Assembly (NCBI GenBank): GCA_029775855.1
Contig: JARVJZ010000001.1
Coordinates: forward strand, 192,001 to 256,000
DNA: 64,000 nucleotides
DNA from: Nitrososphaeria archaeon
Lineage (GTDB): Archaea; Thermoproteota; Nitrososphaeria; Nitrososphaerales; JAAOZN01
Direction of reading: 5' to 3'
Positions 19,023 to 29,849 of this stretch are shown here, piece by piece; within the stretch, counting starts at the first letter, position 1, and each line of letters opens with the position of its first letter. The translations under genes were made by a program, and so were the position numbers. Below the pieces are notes generated by a model. The model did no database searches and had not been told where the DNA came from. It worked only from the letters and a program-made list of their open reading frames with translations.

Positions 19023-19488
19023 CTTTCTTCTTCACACGCCCCTCTGTATCTATACTTCCGCTTCTTATGCGTGATGATGATATAGGTTTACCGTCTTCAG
19101 CAAGCACCATATTAACTTTTATAACCTTTAGTGGCTTTAACCCCATCTCAACCCTTTTCTTATTTGCTAATTCAACTCTGCTTGCGGTTTCAACGCTTGC
19201 GACAAGCGCCTCAACTTCTTCGCGGTATATGCCTGAGCCGAAGTAGTCGTCTAATGGATGGATCTCAAATCTTTCAATAGAATACTGGGATAAGAGGTAT
19301 TCTTTGAGCTTCCTTACTCTATCCTCATATCTGTTGTGTGTGCTCTTACCCAGTTTTAGAACAAAATTATCCGTTGTAACCCCAATTATAACTTTCTCAC
19401 CACATTCGAATGCCTTCGCAAGTAGCTCCCGATGCCCTTTATGAATATAGTCAAATGTGCCTCCAACAGCCACAACCCTAAACTTCAA
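19015..19488 (-). CDS. coaD: Phosphopantetheine adenylyltransferase
   Basis: VGGTFDYIHKGH, VASVET, DGKPISSSRIRSG. Confidence 0.92.
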   Translation of the reverse strand: MKFRVVAVGGTFDYIHKGHRELLAKAFECGEKVIIGVTTDNFVLKLGKSTHNRYEDRVRKLKEYLLSQYSIERFEIHPLDDYFGSGIYREEVEALVASVETASRVELANKKRVEMGLKPLKVIKVNMVLAEDGKPISSSRIRSGSIDTEGRVKKKVE

Positions 19489-19525
19489 ACTCTAACCCCT
19501 CTTCCCATTATTTTTTTTAGCCTTC

Positions 19526-20821
19526 TCACTCCTCCACTGGTTTACTTTTAATAGATTTAACTATCAACTCAACAGCCGCCAAAACAAACCCAACAACCGT
19601 GAGCATCAACCCTACTATCATAGCCTTAAAACTTATAGTCGGTATTATCAATAAAGTGCTAATAAGAGCAAGAAGAGGAATAAAAATCTGCGACAGCCTT
19701 CTGTGCCCATTGCTCCGACGCTTTATTAAAATGCCAGCTGGATTTATTATGATTAAACCCAGCAGATAAGCTAAATCTGAAATATACACTATCAACTCTA
19801 TATCAAAGAGAAATACGATTAACAGTGCTAAGGCGAAGGTAAAGAGTAGTGAAAAGTAAGGGGTTCTGAACGACGCATGTATATTCTCAAAGATCTTTGG
19901 AATATGTCTATCTCTGCTCAAAGAGTAAAGCGTTCTTGATGCTGCTATCAAAGATGCGTTAAGCGATGCAAGCGAAGCTATCACAGCAGCGACAGCCATT
20001 AAGAACCCTAAGGTGCTGAATAGCTGGAATGCTGACTTAATAAGGGGCGTTTCTGAAGATATGATCTCACTGTAGTCTAATGTGCCTATCAACACTGCGA
20101 TAATAGATGGAAAGATCAAGAGTGCAATTATTATCGTTAATATTATGGCTTTAGGGACTACTTTGCGCGCCCTCTTAACCTCCTCAGACACATTTGTAAT
20201 CAACTCAAACCCTATGTAAATTGAGAAGACATATCCTAGCGATGAGAAGACGGGGTAAAGCACAAACGGAGTAAGCAACTCATACCTAGATACATCAATC
20301 TTGAAAACACCAAATAATATGAAGAGCAGCAGGATTCCAAAAACAAAACTCGTTAACATGACTTGAAGGCTACCTGCCTTTTTGACACCAACCAAGTTGA
20401 CTACTAAGAACAATGCTAGAATTAGAGCAGCGATTTCAGATGTAGAGATAGGCAGCAGCTGAGAAAGCATAATTGCAGCGGTATATGCGCTTAGAGCAGC
20501 ATACGCAACATTACCTATATGCATAAACCAACCTGACAAGAACGCTGGAACACCTCCAAGCGCATAGCTGACGAACGAATATCCGCCTCCAGCCTTTGCG
20601 ATGCGTGAACTCATGTCAGCATAGTTCAGTGCGATGAAAAGCGAAAACACTCCAGCAAGAATAAAGGTGAAGATCGCAGCCGAGCCCGCCATCTCAACAG
20701 CAAGTCTTGGTACAACAAAGATGGTAGGACCTATCGTAGGACCAAGGCCTATCATCACTGCCTCCAGTAGACTTAGGTTGCGTAATAGCTTGATACTGCC
20801 CAAGTAAGGGGTCTGCGGCAA
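19526..20821 (-). CDS. APC-family amino acid permease
   Basis: About 12 TM; GPTIF, AGGGY, GFE, SRDRHIP. Confidence 0.9.
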   Translation of the reverse strand: MPQTPYLGSIKLLRNLSLLEAVMIGLGPTIGPTIFVVPRLAVEMAGSAAIFTFILAGVFSLFIALNYADMSSRIAKAGGGYSFVSYALGGVPAFLSGWFMHIGNVAYAALSAYTAAIMLSQLLPISTSEIAALILALFLVVNLVGVKKAGSLQVMLTSFVFGILLLFILFGVFKIDVSRYELLTPFVLYPVFSSLGYVFSIYIGFELITNVSEEVKRARKVVPKAIILTIIIALLIFPSIIAVLIGTLDYSEIISSETPLIKSAFQLFSTLGFLMAVAAVIASLASLNASLIAASRTLYSLSRDRHIPKIFENIHASFRTPYFSLLFTFALALLIVFLFDIELIVYISDLAYLLGLIIINPAGILIKRRSNGHRRLSQIFIPLLALISTLLIIPTISFKAMIVGLMLTVVGFVLAAVELIVKSIKSKPVEE

Positions 20822-20835
20822 AGAGATAGTACTTA

Positions 20836-21783
20836 TTGTTAACGGTAAAGCAGTTAAGTATCTTTGTTAGAAAGGTGTATGCTGTGGTAAAGAAGTCTGC
20901 TGGAAAAGAGGGTGTGGAGTGGAGCTGGGATAATTCCCCTATCTTGCTTCCTCTAGCCTATGAGCCGCGCGAGGAGAATGCGTTGCTCGCTGCGTTTGCG
21001 ATAGCTGAATACTGCGGCTCGAAGGTGATAGTATATCATGTTAAGACTGAAGTTGATACAGAAGCGGCGAAAGACAAGACTCTTAGGAATCTTCGTGAAC
21101 TTGCTAAGGTGTTTAATGTTCCTTATGTGGTAAATGAAAGCGACTATATTGTTGACGCTGATGATGTGTCAAAGATCTCTAAGAGCATAGTTGATGTTGC
21201 CAAAAAAGAGGGTTGCCAAGCCATTATTATGTCTGCGCATAGGGAATCTTTTTTGCGTGAACTCTTGGGGCGAATTTCAGATAGAGTAGCCAGAATGGCT
21301 GACAGAACCGTAGTGTTGGTTGAAAGTGCATTTAAAGGAGCAAGGTTCACAAGGCAGCCTAGAAAGATTATGGTTATAGTTTTGGAGAACAAATTCTACA
21401 AAGATTCTTTGACGCTTGCTGCGATATTCACAAGCTCGCTCTCAACACCGAATTGTGAACTCCTTGCTGTAAATGTGTTGAAGATACCTGAGGCTACTCC
21501 GATTGATGCCACAGAAACTTCAAAGGTCTTTAGAAAAATGGAAAGAGAATTTGCGCAGAAGATAGCCCTAGCTATAACATCGCTAGGTAGGCTCTTTACT
21601 CCACGCATTCTACCTGTAAGAGATATAGGACGAGATTTGGCTGAGTTCGCTGCTGAAGAAGGTGTGGAGTTGATTATAATAGGTTGTGACAAGCCTGGTA
21701 GACTTGGTCCGGTGCTTACAAAGGATGAATATGCAATCGTTAAGAAGGCGGGTTGTGTAGTTTTAGTTGTTATTCCACCTTAA
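20836..21783 (+). CDS. Tandem universal stress protein (true start probably downstream)
   Basis: Two UspA repeats (LLGRISDRVAR; IVKKAGCVVLVV); divergent from the APC permease. Confidence 0.8.
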   Translation: MLTVKQLSIFVRKVYAVVKKSAGKEGVEWSWDNSPILLPLAYEPREENALLAAFAIAEYCGSKVIVYHVKTEVDTEAAKDKTLRNLRELAKVFNVPYVVNESDYIVDADDVSKISKSIVDVAKKEGCQAIIMSAHRESFLRELLGRISDRVARMADRTVVLVESAFKGARFTRQPRKIMVIVLENKFYKDSLTLAAIFTSSLSTPNCELLAVNVLKIPEATPIDATETSKVFRKMEREFAQKIALAITSLGRLFTPRILPVRDIGRDLAEFAAEEGVELIIIGCDKPGRLGPVLTKDEYAIVKKAGCVVLVVIPP

Positions 21784-22712
21784 CATTTAACTTTAGGCCT
21801 AATTATTGGTTGGTTAAGTTGTCTATAGCTGAAGAATATTTTAAGGCTGGAAAAATCGCTTCAGAAGTTAAAGAAAAGATTAAGGGAAGCATTAGCGTCG
21901 GCTCAAGGCTTGTTGATATAGCTGAGATGGTGGAACAATCTATCATAGGTAGAGGTGCTCACCCAGCCTTTCCTTGCAACATCTGCCTAAACAGCGTAGC
22001 AGCACATTACACACCGAGACCAGAAGATGATCTGAAGATAAGGGAGGGCGATGTTGTTAAAATAGACTTTGGCGTGCATATAGACGGCTACGTAGTCGAC
22101 ACAGCAATCACTCTATCGTTCAACGTTGGATATGACGCTATGGTTAGAGCGGTTGAGGTTATGCTCCAAGAAGCATTAAAAGTAGTTAAAGTTGGTGTCA
22201 AAGCTGGTGAAGTAGGTAGAGCTATCCAAGCGGCAGCACAACGCTTAGGCTTCAAACCCATAGTAAACCTCTCAGGCCACGCAATCGCACCTTACACGGT
22301 TCACGCTGGATTATCTATACCCAACACCTATACTGCTGGCACACCAAGTCTCAAGCTAGGTCAAGTTTATGCCATCGAACCATTCGCTACAACCCAGAAA
22401 GGTGCAGGCGTTGTAGTCAACGGCCCCTTAATAAACATCTTTAGTCTAGTCGCTCGAAAACCATTAGGCGACCCTTCTTTAGACGCTTTTGTTGAAGAAC
22501 TCTGGGCTAGGTTTCGAACACTACCTTTCACTTATAGGCAGATTAGAGATCTTGGGGATGCTGCTTGGTTGGAGCGTATTGTTAAAACCTTGATGCAGAA
22601 GCGTGTTTTAAGAGGTTATCCGATGCTTGTTGAAGCTCGAAACGAGATTGTGGCTCAAGCTGAACACACCGTTACGCCGGTTGAGAATGGAGTGGTAATC
22701 CTTACTGAGTAG
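21753..22712 (+). CDS. map: Methionine aminopeptidase type II (true start about 21819)
   Basis: AFPCN, AAHYT, KIDFGVHIDG, NLSGH, AIEPF, QAEHT. Confidence 0.96.
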   Translation: MCSFSCYSTLTFNFRPNYWLVKLSIAEEYFKAGKIASEVKEKIKGSISVGSRLVDIAEMVEQSIIGRGAHPAFPCNICLNSVAAHYTPRPEDDLKIREGDVVKIDFGVHIDGYVVDTAITLSFNVGYDAMVRAVEVMLQEALKVVKVGVKAGEVGRAIQAAAQRLGFKPIVNLSGHAIAPYTVHAGLSIPNTYTAGTPSLKLGQVYAIEPFATTQKGAGVVVNGPLINIFSLVARKPLGDPSLDAFVEELWARFRTLPFTYRQIRDLGDAAWLERIVKTLMQKRVLRGYPMLVEARNEIVAQAEHTVTPVENGVVILTE

Positions 22713-22908
22713 GTTTTATAGGCTCGGCGTAGATCATCGTTATCAAGATGTTCCCACTGCACTTTTTGCACTGACCATTCTGTTTGAAGACATAATCTCC
22801 TACTGTAAAGGTTCGTTTATTCTTTTCCCCGCAGCCTAGACATTCCTCTATGGTGTAGACGATCTGTTTCCCTCTTTTTTCACCTATTGACGGTATCATC
22901 GTTGCCAT
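22702..22908 (-). CDS. Small Zn-ribbon protein
   Basis: CxxC...GDYV...CxxC...IYAE; adjacent to DUF1512. Confidence 0.75.
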   Translation of the reverse strand: MATMIPSIGEKRGKQIVYTIEECLGCGEKNKRTFTVGDYVFKQNGQCKKCSGNILITMIYAEPIKPTQ

Positions 22909-22909
22909 T

Positions 22910-24022
22910 TTATTGCGCCACCCCTAAGGTGTTGCCTACACCAACTATCAGCACGTTATCATTGGGTTGTGTCTTTTCCTCTACAAGCCTATATACGATC
23001 TTGGTCACTTTCTCAGCAGCTTCAGCTATCTCCTTTCTCATAACTGATATAGCATCTATAAGAGACTGCTTTATGACTACTGCATAGAGAGGTATGTTCA
23101 TCTTCGTCGCAACCTCCTCTATCTTAAAGCGGTCTACACCTATACCTCCAATAGCAGCACCCACCCCCTCAGCCACCTCACCAGTCTTTTCACCCTCTAG
23201 CTTTAGAGCTGCATCTATCATAATTATACTGTTAATCTTCACACCTAGCTCGCTAATTAATCTCTCAACGGCGGTGCCAGGTTCTCCTACATTACCACCG
23301 GGCCCAACAGCTTTTATCAAATAGAGATTTCTATCCTTATATTCTGACTTTACCATAACAGTATCTTTGGATATATCCATCTTCTCGTGGTTAAGCATCA
23401 TCCTCCCCACAACCATAGGCCCTATGCCGTCGCCAATAGGTTGAGACAGTTTAAATGCTTCTAACGCGTTCACTAAAGCGTCCGCCTCTTGCAGTATCAT
23501 AGGCATAATCATTTGAAGCTGCACAAGTATGTAGATGTTTGAGGTTCTCTTGCCCAGCAGGTAGAAGTGTCTAACGAGTTTGTAGATGTAGTTGATAGAT
23601 GATGCAGCTTCAAGTATGTTTTCAGCAGTGCTCACCTTAACTAAATCCGTCTCAGGCGCTAACCTTCTAATCTCAGAGCGTATCCTATCATTCCTAACAG
23701 TCACAACATGCTCAATCTTCCTAACTATACCAGAAGGATCCAAATCCACAGGCATAATTGTGAAGTATTCAAGCAGCTGATCTACTTGCTCCTGTGGATC
23801 AGATTTGGGCTTAAGATGATTAACTAAATAGTCTATAACCTCCTTTCTAGACTTCTCACGCATAATCTTAAGCTTACCAAGCGCCCTAGAAACCTCACCA
23901 AGTATCATAAACGCTTGAATCCTCTGACCGTAAAAAAGAAAGAGCAAGAAAGGTAAATAAAAGAGCAAGAGATACAGTGTATTATCACCAAACTGCCCAG
24001 GACCCAACTGCAAAGGAAGCAA
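22910..24022 (-). CDS. DUF1512 family protein
   Basis: PVDLDPSGI, PIGDGIGP, IDAALKLEGE, GVGNTLGVAQ. Confidence 0.88.
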   Translation of the reverse strand: MLPLQLGPGQFGDNTLYLLLFYLPFLLFLFYGQRIQAFMILGEVSRALGKLKIMREKSRKEVIDYLVNHLKPKSDPQEQVDQLLEYFTIMPVDLDPSGIVRKIEHVVTVRNDRIRSEIRRLAPETDLVKVSTAENILEAASSINYIYKLVRHFYLLGKRTSNIYILVQLQMIMPMILQEADALVNALEAFKLSQPIGDGIGPMVVGRMMLNHEKMDISKDTVMVKSEYKDRNLYLIKAVGPGGNVGEPGTAVERLISELGVKINSIIMIDAALKLEGEKTGEVAEGVGAAIGGIGVDRFKIEEVATKMNIPLYAVVIKQSLIDAISVMRKEIAEAAEKVTKIVYRLVEEKTQPNDNVLIVGVGNTLGVAQ

Positions 24023-24093
24023 TCTAACTACCCTTACTCTAAGTTAGCTGTGAAGACACTACTCTTTAAGCATTTTCCTTAGCAACATGTAAA

Positions 24094-24212
24094 GGCGCCG
24101 GCACCGCCGATTCGCGAAGCCTTGCGGACTTCACTAAAGCGGCGGCGACACACGGTTTGACTTCTGGGTTCGGAATGAGACCAGGTCGGACCCGTGTGCT
24201 ATGGCCGGCTGG
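24094..24212 (-). rRNA. rrf: 5S rRNA (unlinked from 16S/23S); ends approximate
   Basis: Reverse complement GCCGGCCATAGC...CTCATTCCGAACCCAGAAGTCAAACC...GCCGGC with helix I GCCGGC/GCCGGC and the CCGAAC loop. Confidence 0.93.
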
Positions 24213-24274
24213 CTTATGCTTGTTAATTGGTGGTAGATTAATTTATCGATGATGTTAGGGGGAAAGGCTAATTT

Positions 24275-24850
24275 ATGGCTTGTATGTATATTAGGTCTGG
24301 TTTGTCTGAAGATCTTGTTTGTGATGAGTTTGGTCGATGGAGGCGGGTTATAAAGAATAGGCCTAAATTGATTTATGAGTTTGTTTCTAAGAGTGGAGAA
24401 AGGGCTGAAGTTGATGTAGCTTCTGAGCAGTTGTATGGCGGTGAAGAAGTGTTATGGTGGTATAGTGTTGAACGTGGAGTCTTTAGAAAGAGGCTAGAGC
24501 GCTATTGGTTCATAACTAACCTTAGAGTATGTAAATTCGATTACGAAGAAGGTAATGTTGAGGCGACCCCTCTAAAGGATTTAGACGTGGTTGTAACTGA
24601 AAAGGAGCACACAACTTCCTCGCAAAGAATAGGCATGTATACTGGTAAACTAGAGAATATAGTAGGTATTGTAGGCGTAGGTACCTCGCGCACCAAGAGC
24701 CGAACAATCGGTAATCTACTTTTTATACGTGAAGGGCGTGTTCTAGTGAAGTTTACAAAGATTAGTGACCCTGATGGTGTTAAGAAACTTGTTGAAGTCT
24801 TAAAGAGAAATTTGAGAGATGTAGAAGTTCGACCCTTAAGCCTAGCTTAA
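24275..24850 (+). CDS. Hypothetical protein with PH-like (bPH) domain
   Basis: GEEVLW...YWFITNLRV...IGNLLF...ISDPDGVKKLV pattern. Confidence 0.6.
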   Translation: MACMYIRSGLSEDLVCDEFGRWRRVIKNRPKLIYEFVSKSGERAEVDVASEQLYGGEEVLWWYSVERGVFRKRLERYWFITNLRVCKFDYEEGNVEATPLKDLDVVVTEKEHTTSSQRIGMYTGKLENIVGIVGVGTSRTKSRTIGNLLFIREGRVLVKFTKISDPDGVKKLVEVLKRNLRDVEVRPLSLA

Positions 24851-24892
24851 CATTCTGGTAAGAGATAGGTATTAAAGCCTAGGTCTGGTAGG

Positions 24893-25933
24893 TTGTTTGA
24901 TAGACGATTGAACATAGAGGATATAGTTCGCACCTATAGGCAAGAAGTCTACACCTACATAGATGCAAAGCTCCCAAGGTCTCATGCTCATTCTGATATT
25001 GTAACATTTTACGAGATGCTGAGGGATTACCCTTCAAGACCAAGCAAAGGGTTGAGAGCTGCTTTATGTATGCTCACATGCGAAGCGTTTGGCGGTCAAA
25101 GAGATCTATGTATACCAACCGCAGCAGCTATAGAGATCTTTCAGAGCTGGGTTCTGATACACGATGATATCGAGGATGATTCTGAAATGAGGAGAGGGCA
25201 GCCTGTGCTGCATAAAAAATTTGGTATACCTATGGCGATCAATGCGGGCGATGCATTGCATGGGAAGATGTGGGAGGTTCTGCTTGAAAATAAGAGAATA
25301 TTAGGTGAAAGTAAGACTTTATCTATTCTTGAAGAGTTCTGCAAGATGGTAAACGAGACGACAGAAGGGCAGCACTTAGAGTTGACTTGGGTTTGTAAGA
25401 GAAGATGGGATCTTGTAGATGAAGACTACTTCTTTATGTGCGGTAAGAAAACATCTTGGTACACAGCTATAACCCCTTTCCGATTAGGTGCAATTATAGC
25501 TGATGCTGATAAGCACACACTCGAGCAGATGGTTCATTTAGGCTACAAATTAGGATTAGCCTTTCAAATAAGAGATGACGCGCTTAATCTTATGGCTGAG
25601 GAGAAATACGGCAAAGAAGCGGCTGGAGACATCTACGAAAGCAAGAGGACGCTCATATTAATTGATGCGCTTAAAAGATGTAGCGCTGAAGAGCGGGAAA
25701 AGGCAAAACAAATCTTAGATAAACCTAGACCCTCAAAGAATCCTGAAGAAGTTAAGTGGATCCTAGATCTAATCAACAAGACGAATAGTCTCCAATATGC
25801 TCTTGGTGTTGCAGAGAAGTTGGCGCAGGAAGCAAAACAATACTTCGAGGAAGTCTTTAAGGAAGCTCAATGTGCTGAAGCTAAAGATGCTATTAGAAGC
25901 TTCATAGAGTATATGGTAAGTAGAAGATGGTAA
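24893..25933 (+). CDS. idsA: Polyprenyl (geranylgeranyl) diphosphate synthase
   Basis: LIHDDIEDDSEMRRG, GQHLE, KT, FQIRDD. Confidence 0.9.
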   Translation: MFDRRLNIEDIVRTYRQEVYTYIDAKLPRSHAHSDIVTFYEMLRDYPSRPSKGLRAALCMLTCEAFGGQRDLCIPTAAAIEIFQSWVLIHDDIEDDSEMRRGQPVLHKKFGIPMAINAGDALHGKMWEVLLENKRILGESKTLSILEEFCKMVNETTEGQHLELTWVCKRRWDLVDEDYFFMCGKKTSWYTAITPFRLGAIIADADKHTLEQMVHLGYKLGLAFQIRDDALNLMAEEKYGKEAAGDIYESKRTLILIDALKRCSAEEREKAKQILDKPRPSKNPEEVKWILDLINKTNSLQYALGVAEKLAQEAKQYFEEVFKEAQCAEAKDAIRSFIEYMVSRRW

Positions 25934-25956
25934 TCTAATCTCTAGAGGGGGGAGGA

Positions 25957-27660
25957 ATGAGTGTATCCGACTCTTTAACTGAGAAGATAAGGCAGTATGC
26001 TCTCCTAAACGCTACAAAGCATGGTGGTAAGGCTGAAGTAGGTGCGGTAGTAAGTAAAATCTTAGGTGCTCATCCAGAGTTAAGGTTGCAAGCTAAACTA
26101 ATCGTTGAAGTGGTTAAGCAAGTCGTTGAAGAGATAAATGCTCTCAAACCAGAAGAGCAACTAGCTGAATTAGAAAATTATCCCACAATATCTACAGAAA
26201 CCAAAACCGAGGAGAAGAAGCTACCCCCTCTACCCAACGCAGTAAAAGGAGCGGTTGTCGTTCGCCTACCTCCAGAGCCCTCTGGTTATATGCACATAGG
26301 CCACGCGATGGCCGGCTTAATAAACTCTGAATATGCAAAGATGTATGATGGAAAGATCTGGCTTAGATTTGAAGATACAAACCCAAGAAAGGTTAAGCTA
26401 GAATATTATGATAGCTTCAGATCCGGCTACAGTTGGCTTGGAATAAAATGGGATTACGAGAAAAATGTCTCAGACGACTTAGATCTAATCTACGGATTCG
26501 GAAGGCAGCTTGTTGAGAAGGGTTTAGCATACGCCTGCACCTGTGAGGAGTCAAGAATAAAGGCTGCCCGCTTCGCAGGTAAGGGATGCGAGTGCAGAGA
26601 AAGAAGTGTAGAAGAGAATCTTGAAGCTTGGGATAAGATGCTCTCAGGAGCTTATAGAGAAGGCGAGATCGTAATAAGATACAAAGGCGACTTATCAAGC
26701 CAAGACTACTCTCTACGAGACCCCAACCTCTTCCGAATAGTAGACCACCCACATCCTATACAAGGTTCAAAATATAGGTTATGGCCAGTATATGATTTTG
26801 CTGTAGTGGTAGAAGATTATCTGTGCAAAGTAACCCACATACTCAGAAGCTTAGAGTTTCACGTATCTTTACAAGATAGGCTTAGAGCTGACCTCGGTCT
26901 CCCAAAGGTTCACATAACACAGTTCTCACGCTTTAGGTTTAAGGGTACACCAGTCTCAAAGAGGATGCTCAGACCCCTATTGGAGCAAGGACTTGTCTCA
27001 GGCTGGGACGACCCGCGTATGCCTACAATCATGGGGTTAAAGAGACGCGGCATCGACCCTGAAGCCATAAAGAACTTTACCTTAGAGGTTGGTTACACTT
27101 TAGCGGAGCATGAGTTTGAATGGAGTCTTCTCTTTGCAGCGAACCGAAAGGTTTTAGATCCTAAGGTCAGACGCTACATGTTCGTCCCAGACCCCATTCG
27201 TCTTAAGGTTAAAGGAGCGCCGGAGAAAAGTGTAAACCTCCGATTCCACCCAGATAAAGACCTCGGTTTCAGAGCTATACAAACAAAAGGTATCTTCTAC
27301 ATAGCGAGGAGCGATGCCTCAAATCTACACACGGGCGACGAGTTTAGGCTCATAGAGCTATATAATGTGGTGGTTGAAGAAGTTAGTGAAGATGAGATTA
27401 AATCGGTCTACATCGGCTCAGAGCTAAAAGAAGGCATACCCAAGTTTCAATGGGTTACCGAAGATAACACAGCGCTCAAAGTTCTGATACCCGATGTGCT
27501 GTTCAAAGATGATGAATTTAACCGTGAAAGCTTGAATGAGGTAAGAGGCTTTGCCGAGCCCTCAGTAGCCAAACTAAAGGTTGGTGAAGTGGTTCAATTC
27601 ATCCGATTCGGATTCTGCAGAATAGACAGTGAAGGTGTAGCAATCTTTGCCCACAAGTGA
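25957..27660 (+). CDS. gltX: Glutamyl-tRNA synthetase
   Basis: PPEPSGYMHIGH, RFEDTNP, VTHILRS, SKR, WDDPRMPT. Confidence 0.97.
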   Translation: MSVSDSLTEKIRQYALLNATKHGGKAEVGAVVSKILGAHPELRLQAKLIVEVVKQVVEEINALKPEEQLAELENYPTISTETKTEEKKLPPLPNAVKGAVVVRLPPEPSGYMHIGHAMAGLINSEYAKMYDGKIWLRFEDTNPRKVKLEYYDSFRSGYSWLGIKWDYEKNVSDDLDLIYGFGRQLVEKGLAYACTCEESRIKAARFAGKGCECRERSVEENLEAWDKMLSGAYREGEIVIRYKGDLSSQDYSLRDPNLFRIVDHPHPIQGSKYRLWPVYDFAVVVEDYLCKVTHILRSLEFHVSLQDRLRADLGLPKVHITQFSRFRFKGTPVSKRMLRPLLEQGLVSGWDDPRMPTIMGLKRRGIDPEAIKNFTLEVGYTLAEHEFEWSLLFAANRKVLDPKVRRYMFVPDPIRLKVKGAPEKSVNLRFHPDKDLGFRAIQTKGIFYIARSDASNLHTGDEFRLIELYNVVVEEVSEDEIKSVYIGSELKEGIPKFQWVTEDNTALKVLIPDVLFKDDEFNRESLNEVRGFAEPSVAKLKVGEVVQFIRFGFCRIDSEGVAIFAHK

Positions 27661-28915
27661 GTCCGAGGCTCTTCTTCAGAAATTGGTTGATAATCGTCTA
27701 AACGAATGGATGCTCAAACCAGACTATAATCAATACGGGTTATCAAACTTAGCAGCAAGCATAATGAAGTTCTTCGGAGATAAGCATCTAAAACACAAAC
27801 CTATAGCTGACCCAAGGTTAGACGAAGTCTTAGATGGTGTAGAGAACATCATTCTTCTACTCGTAGATGGGTTATCTTACTATCAAATATCTGGTGAAGT
27901 TGAGAAGTATCTACATGCTTCACTTAACCCAACAACAATACCCATAACCTCAACCTTCCCATCTACTACAACAACCGCTTTGACGACGCTTAACACAGGC
28001 TTGACACCACAAGAGCACGCCATAATAGGATACACAACATATCTAAAAGAGATTGGAGTAGTTCTAAGTTTAACAAACTTCGCTCCTTCAGCTGCGCCTG
28101 AAAGTATTTCTTTAATACAAGCCGGTCTAGACCCCTCTAGCATCCTTGGTGTTGAGACAATCCATTCACAACTCAGAAAAAGCGGCGTTAAATCAATCAT
28201 AATGACCAGAAGAATGTACAGAGAAAGCCCCCTTACAACTATGCTCGGTCTAGGAGCGGATATAGAAACCTATGTAGGTGTATCTGACATCTTCGTGCGT
28301 ATGCGTAAGCTGCTAGAGAACTCCAGAACACCAACACTTCTCTTTCCATATTGGGATGGTTTAGACATAGCGGCACATATATATGGTCATCAAAGTGAAG
28401 AAGCAGTTAGCGAGCTTAAAAACTTCTTAGCTTCAATGAAGGTCAATCTAATGGAAAAGATAAACTCTAACACTGCGAAGAAGAGTGCCTTGCTAATCAC
28501 AGGAGACCACGGACAAGTCACATTCTCCCCGCAAGAAGTGTTAGCGGTAGAAAAGCATCCAAACCTACTGAATGCTCTACATATACCACCAACAGGAGAC
28601 TCAAGAGCAGCTTGCCTTTACCCAAAACCAGAAATGAAAGAAAAAATAATAGAATATGTGGAAACCCACCTTTCTCAATCCTTCTCTATATATGAAACTC
28701 AACACCTTCTCAGAGAAGGCGTCTTTGGTTTAGGTGAGGCGAAGCAGAATCTACTAGATAGAACAGGTGAACTCATACTCTTACCTAAAAGAAATGGGGC
28801 TATAGCCTACAGCTATAAACCAAAGTATAAAGAATTCGATCTTAAAGGTGGGCACGGCGGTCTAACCCCAACAGAATTGATAGTCCCGCTAATATGCAAA
28901 AACTTGATTAGATGA
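27647..28915 (+). CDS. Alkaline phosphatase superfamily (nucleotide pyrophosphatase/phosphodiesterase-like) protein
   Basis: LLVDG, TFPSTT, DIAAHIYG, TGDHG, GGHGG metal motifs. Confidence 0.85.
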   Translation: MPTSESEALLQKLVDNRLNEWMLKPDYNQYGLSNLAASIMKFFGDKHLKHKPIADPRLDEVLDGVENIILLLVDGLSYYQISGEVEKYLHASLNPTTIPITSTFPSTTTTALTTLNTGLTPQEHAIIGYTTYLKEIGVVLSLTNFAPSAAPESISLIQAGLDPSSILGVETIHSQLRKSGVKSIIMTRRMYRESPLTTMLGLGADIETYVGVSDIFVRMRKLLENSRTPTLLFPYWDGLDIAAHIYGHQSEEAVSELKNFLASMKVNLMEKINSNTAKKSALLITGDHGQVTFSPQEVLAVEKHPNLLNALHIPPTGDSRAACLYPKPEMKEKIIEYVETHLSQSFSIYETQHLLREGVFGLGEAKQNLLDRTGELILLPKRNGAIAYSYKPKYKEFDLKGGHGGLTPTELIVPLICKNLIR

Positions 28916-29047
28916 TGAAATATTCAAAGAGCTGGAATGGTAAGCAAGTGACATGTTTATTAGACAGCGGATAAAAGCGGGTATGGGGGAAGTTAGATGA
29001 ACCCAAAGAAAGCATCAAAAGGCTGATGCAGCGAAGGTGCATATGAG

Positions 29048-29422
29048 TTGACAGGTAAACCATACTATGTTAAATTTGATGTTCCAAAGGAGCTTGCTGA
29101 CGCAGCATACGAAGCCGTTCGTCAAGCCAAGCAGACAGGTAAGGTAAAGAAAGGCACAAACGAAACTACAAAGGCGGTAGAGCGAGGATTGGCTAAACTA
29201 GTGGTGCTGGCTGAAGATGTAGAACCTCCAGAGGTGGTAGCGCACCTACCACTCCTATGTGAAGAAAGGAATATACCATTTATATTTGTCCCAAGCAAAG
29301 CACAACTGGGTTCAGCACTAGGATTAGATGTAGCTGCAGCATCAGCAGCAATAGTTGAACCGAATGAAGCACAAGCGTTAGTTGAGCAGATTATAAACGA
29401 AATAGCTAAGATAAAGAAGTAG
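29048..29422 (+). CDS. rpl7ae: 50S ribosomal protein L7Ae
   Basis: [28 protein letters not shown]. Confidence 0.98.
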   Translation: MTGKPYYVKFDVPKELADAAYEAVRQAKQTGKVKKGTNETTKAVERGLAKLVVLAEDVEPPEVVAHLPLLCEERNIPFIFVPSKAQLGSALGLDVAAASAAIVEPNEAQALVEQIINEIAKIKK

Positions 29423-29437
29423 TTCGGTGAGTTAAAT

Positions 29438-29653
29438 ATGAGTAAGGCTGCTGAAGAGAAACTTACACCCGCTGAAGTCATACAGATAGTCGGTAGAACA
29501 GGTGTAGCCGGTGAAATAACCCAAGTGCGTGTTCGCATACTTGAAGGTAAAGATAAAGGACGCATACTTACTCGAAATGTTAAGGGTCCGGTGAGACTGC
29601 AAGATATTCTTATGCTTAGAGAAACAGAAAGGGAAGCTAGAAAGATAAAGTGA
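29438..29653 (+). CDS. rps28e: 30S ribosomal protein S28e
   Basis: [24 protein letters not shown]. Confidence 0.98.
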   Translation: MSKAAEEKLTPAEVIQIVGRTGVAGEITQVRVRILEGKDKGRILTRNVKGPVRLQDILMLRETEREARKIK

Positions 29654-29657
29654 TCGT

Positions 29658-29849
29658 GTGATGCTCACAGGCAAAAGATGCAGCTTTTGTAGCAGAGAGC
29701 TAAAGCAAGGCTATGGTATAATGCTGGTTCGCATAGATGGTTCAATTGAATATTACTGCTCATCAAAGTGTAGAAAAAACGCGTTGCATCTTAAAAGAGA
29801 CCCGCGGAAACTTAAATGGGTTACCAAACGTAAGGGGAGCAAACCTTGA
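29658..29849 (+). CDS. rpl24e: 50S ribosomal protein L24e
   Basis: CSFC..G.G....DG....CSSKC...RDPRKLKW. Confidence 0.96.
   Translation: MMLTGKRCSFCSRELKQGYGIMLVRIDGSIEYYCSSKCRKNALHLKRDPRKLKWVTKRKGSKP

Noticed and set aside
28912-28960. Possible C/D sRNA starting at ATGATGA after the phosphodiesterase gene
   Set aside because: No CTGA D box at the expected spacing (only CTGG/TTTA) and no recognisable guide; ATGATGA overlaps the stop codon.
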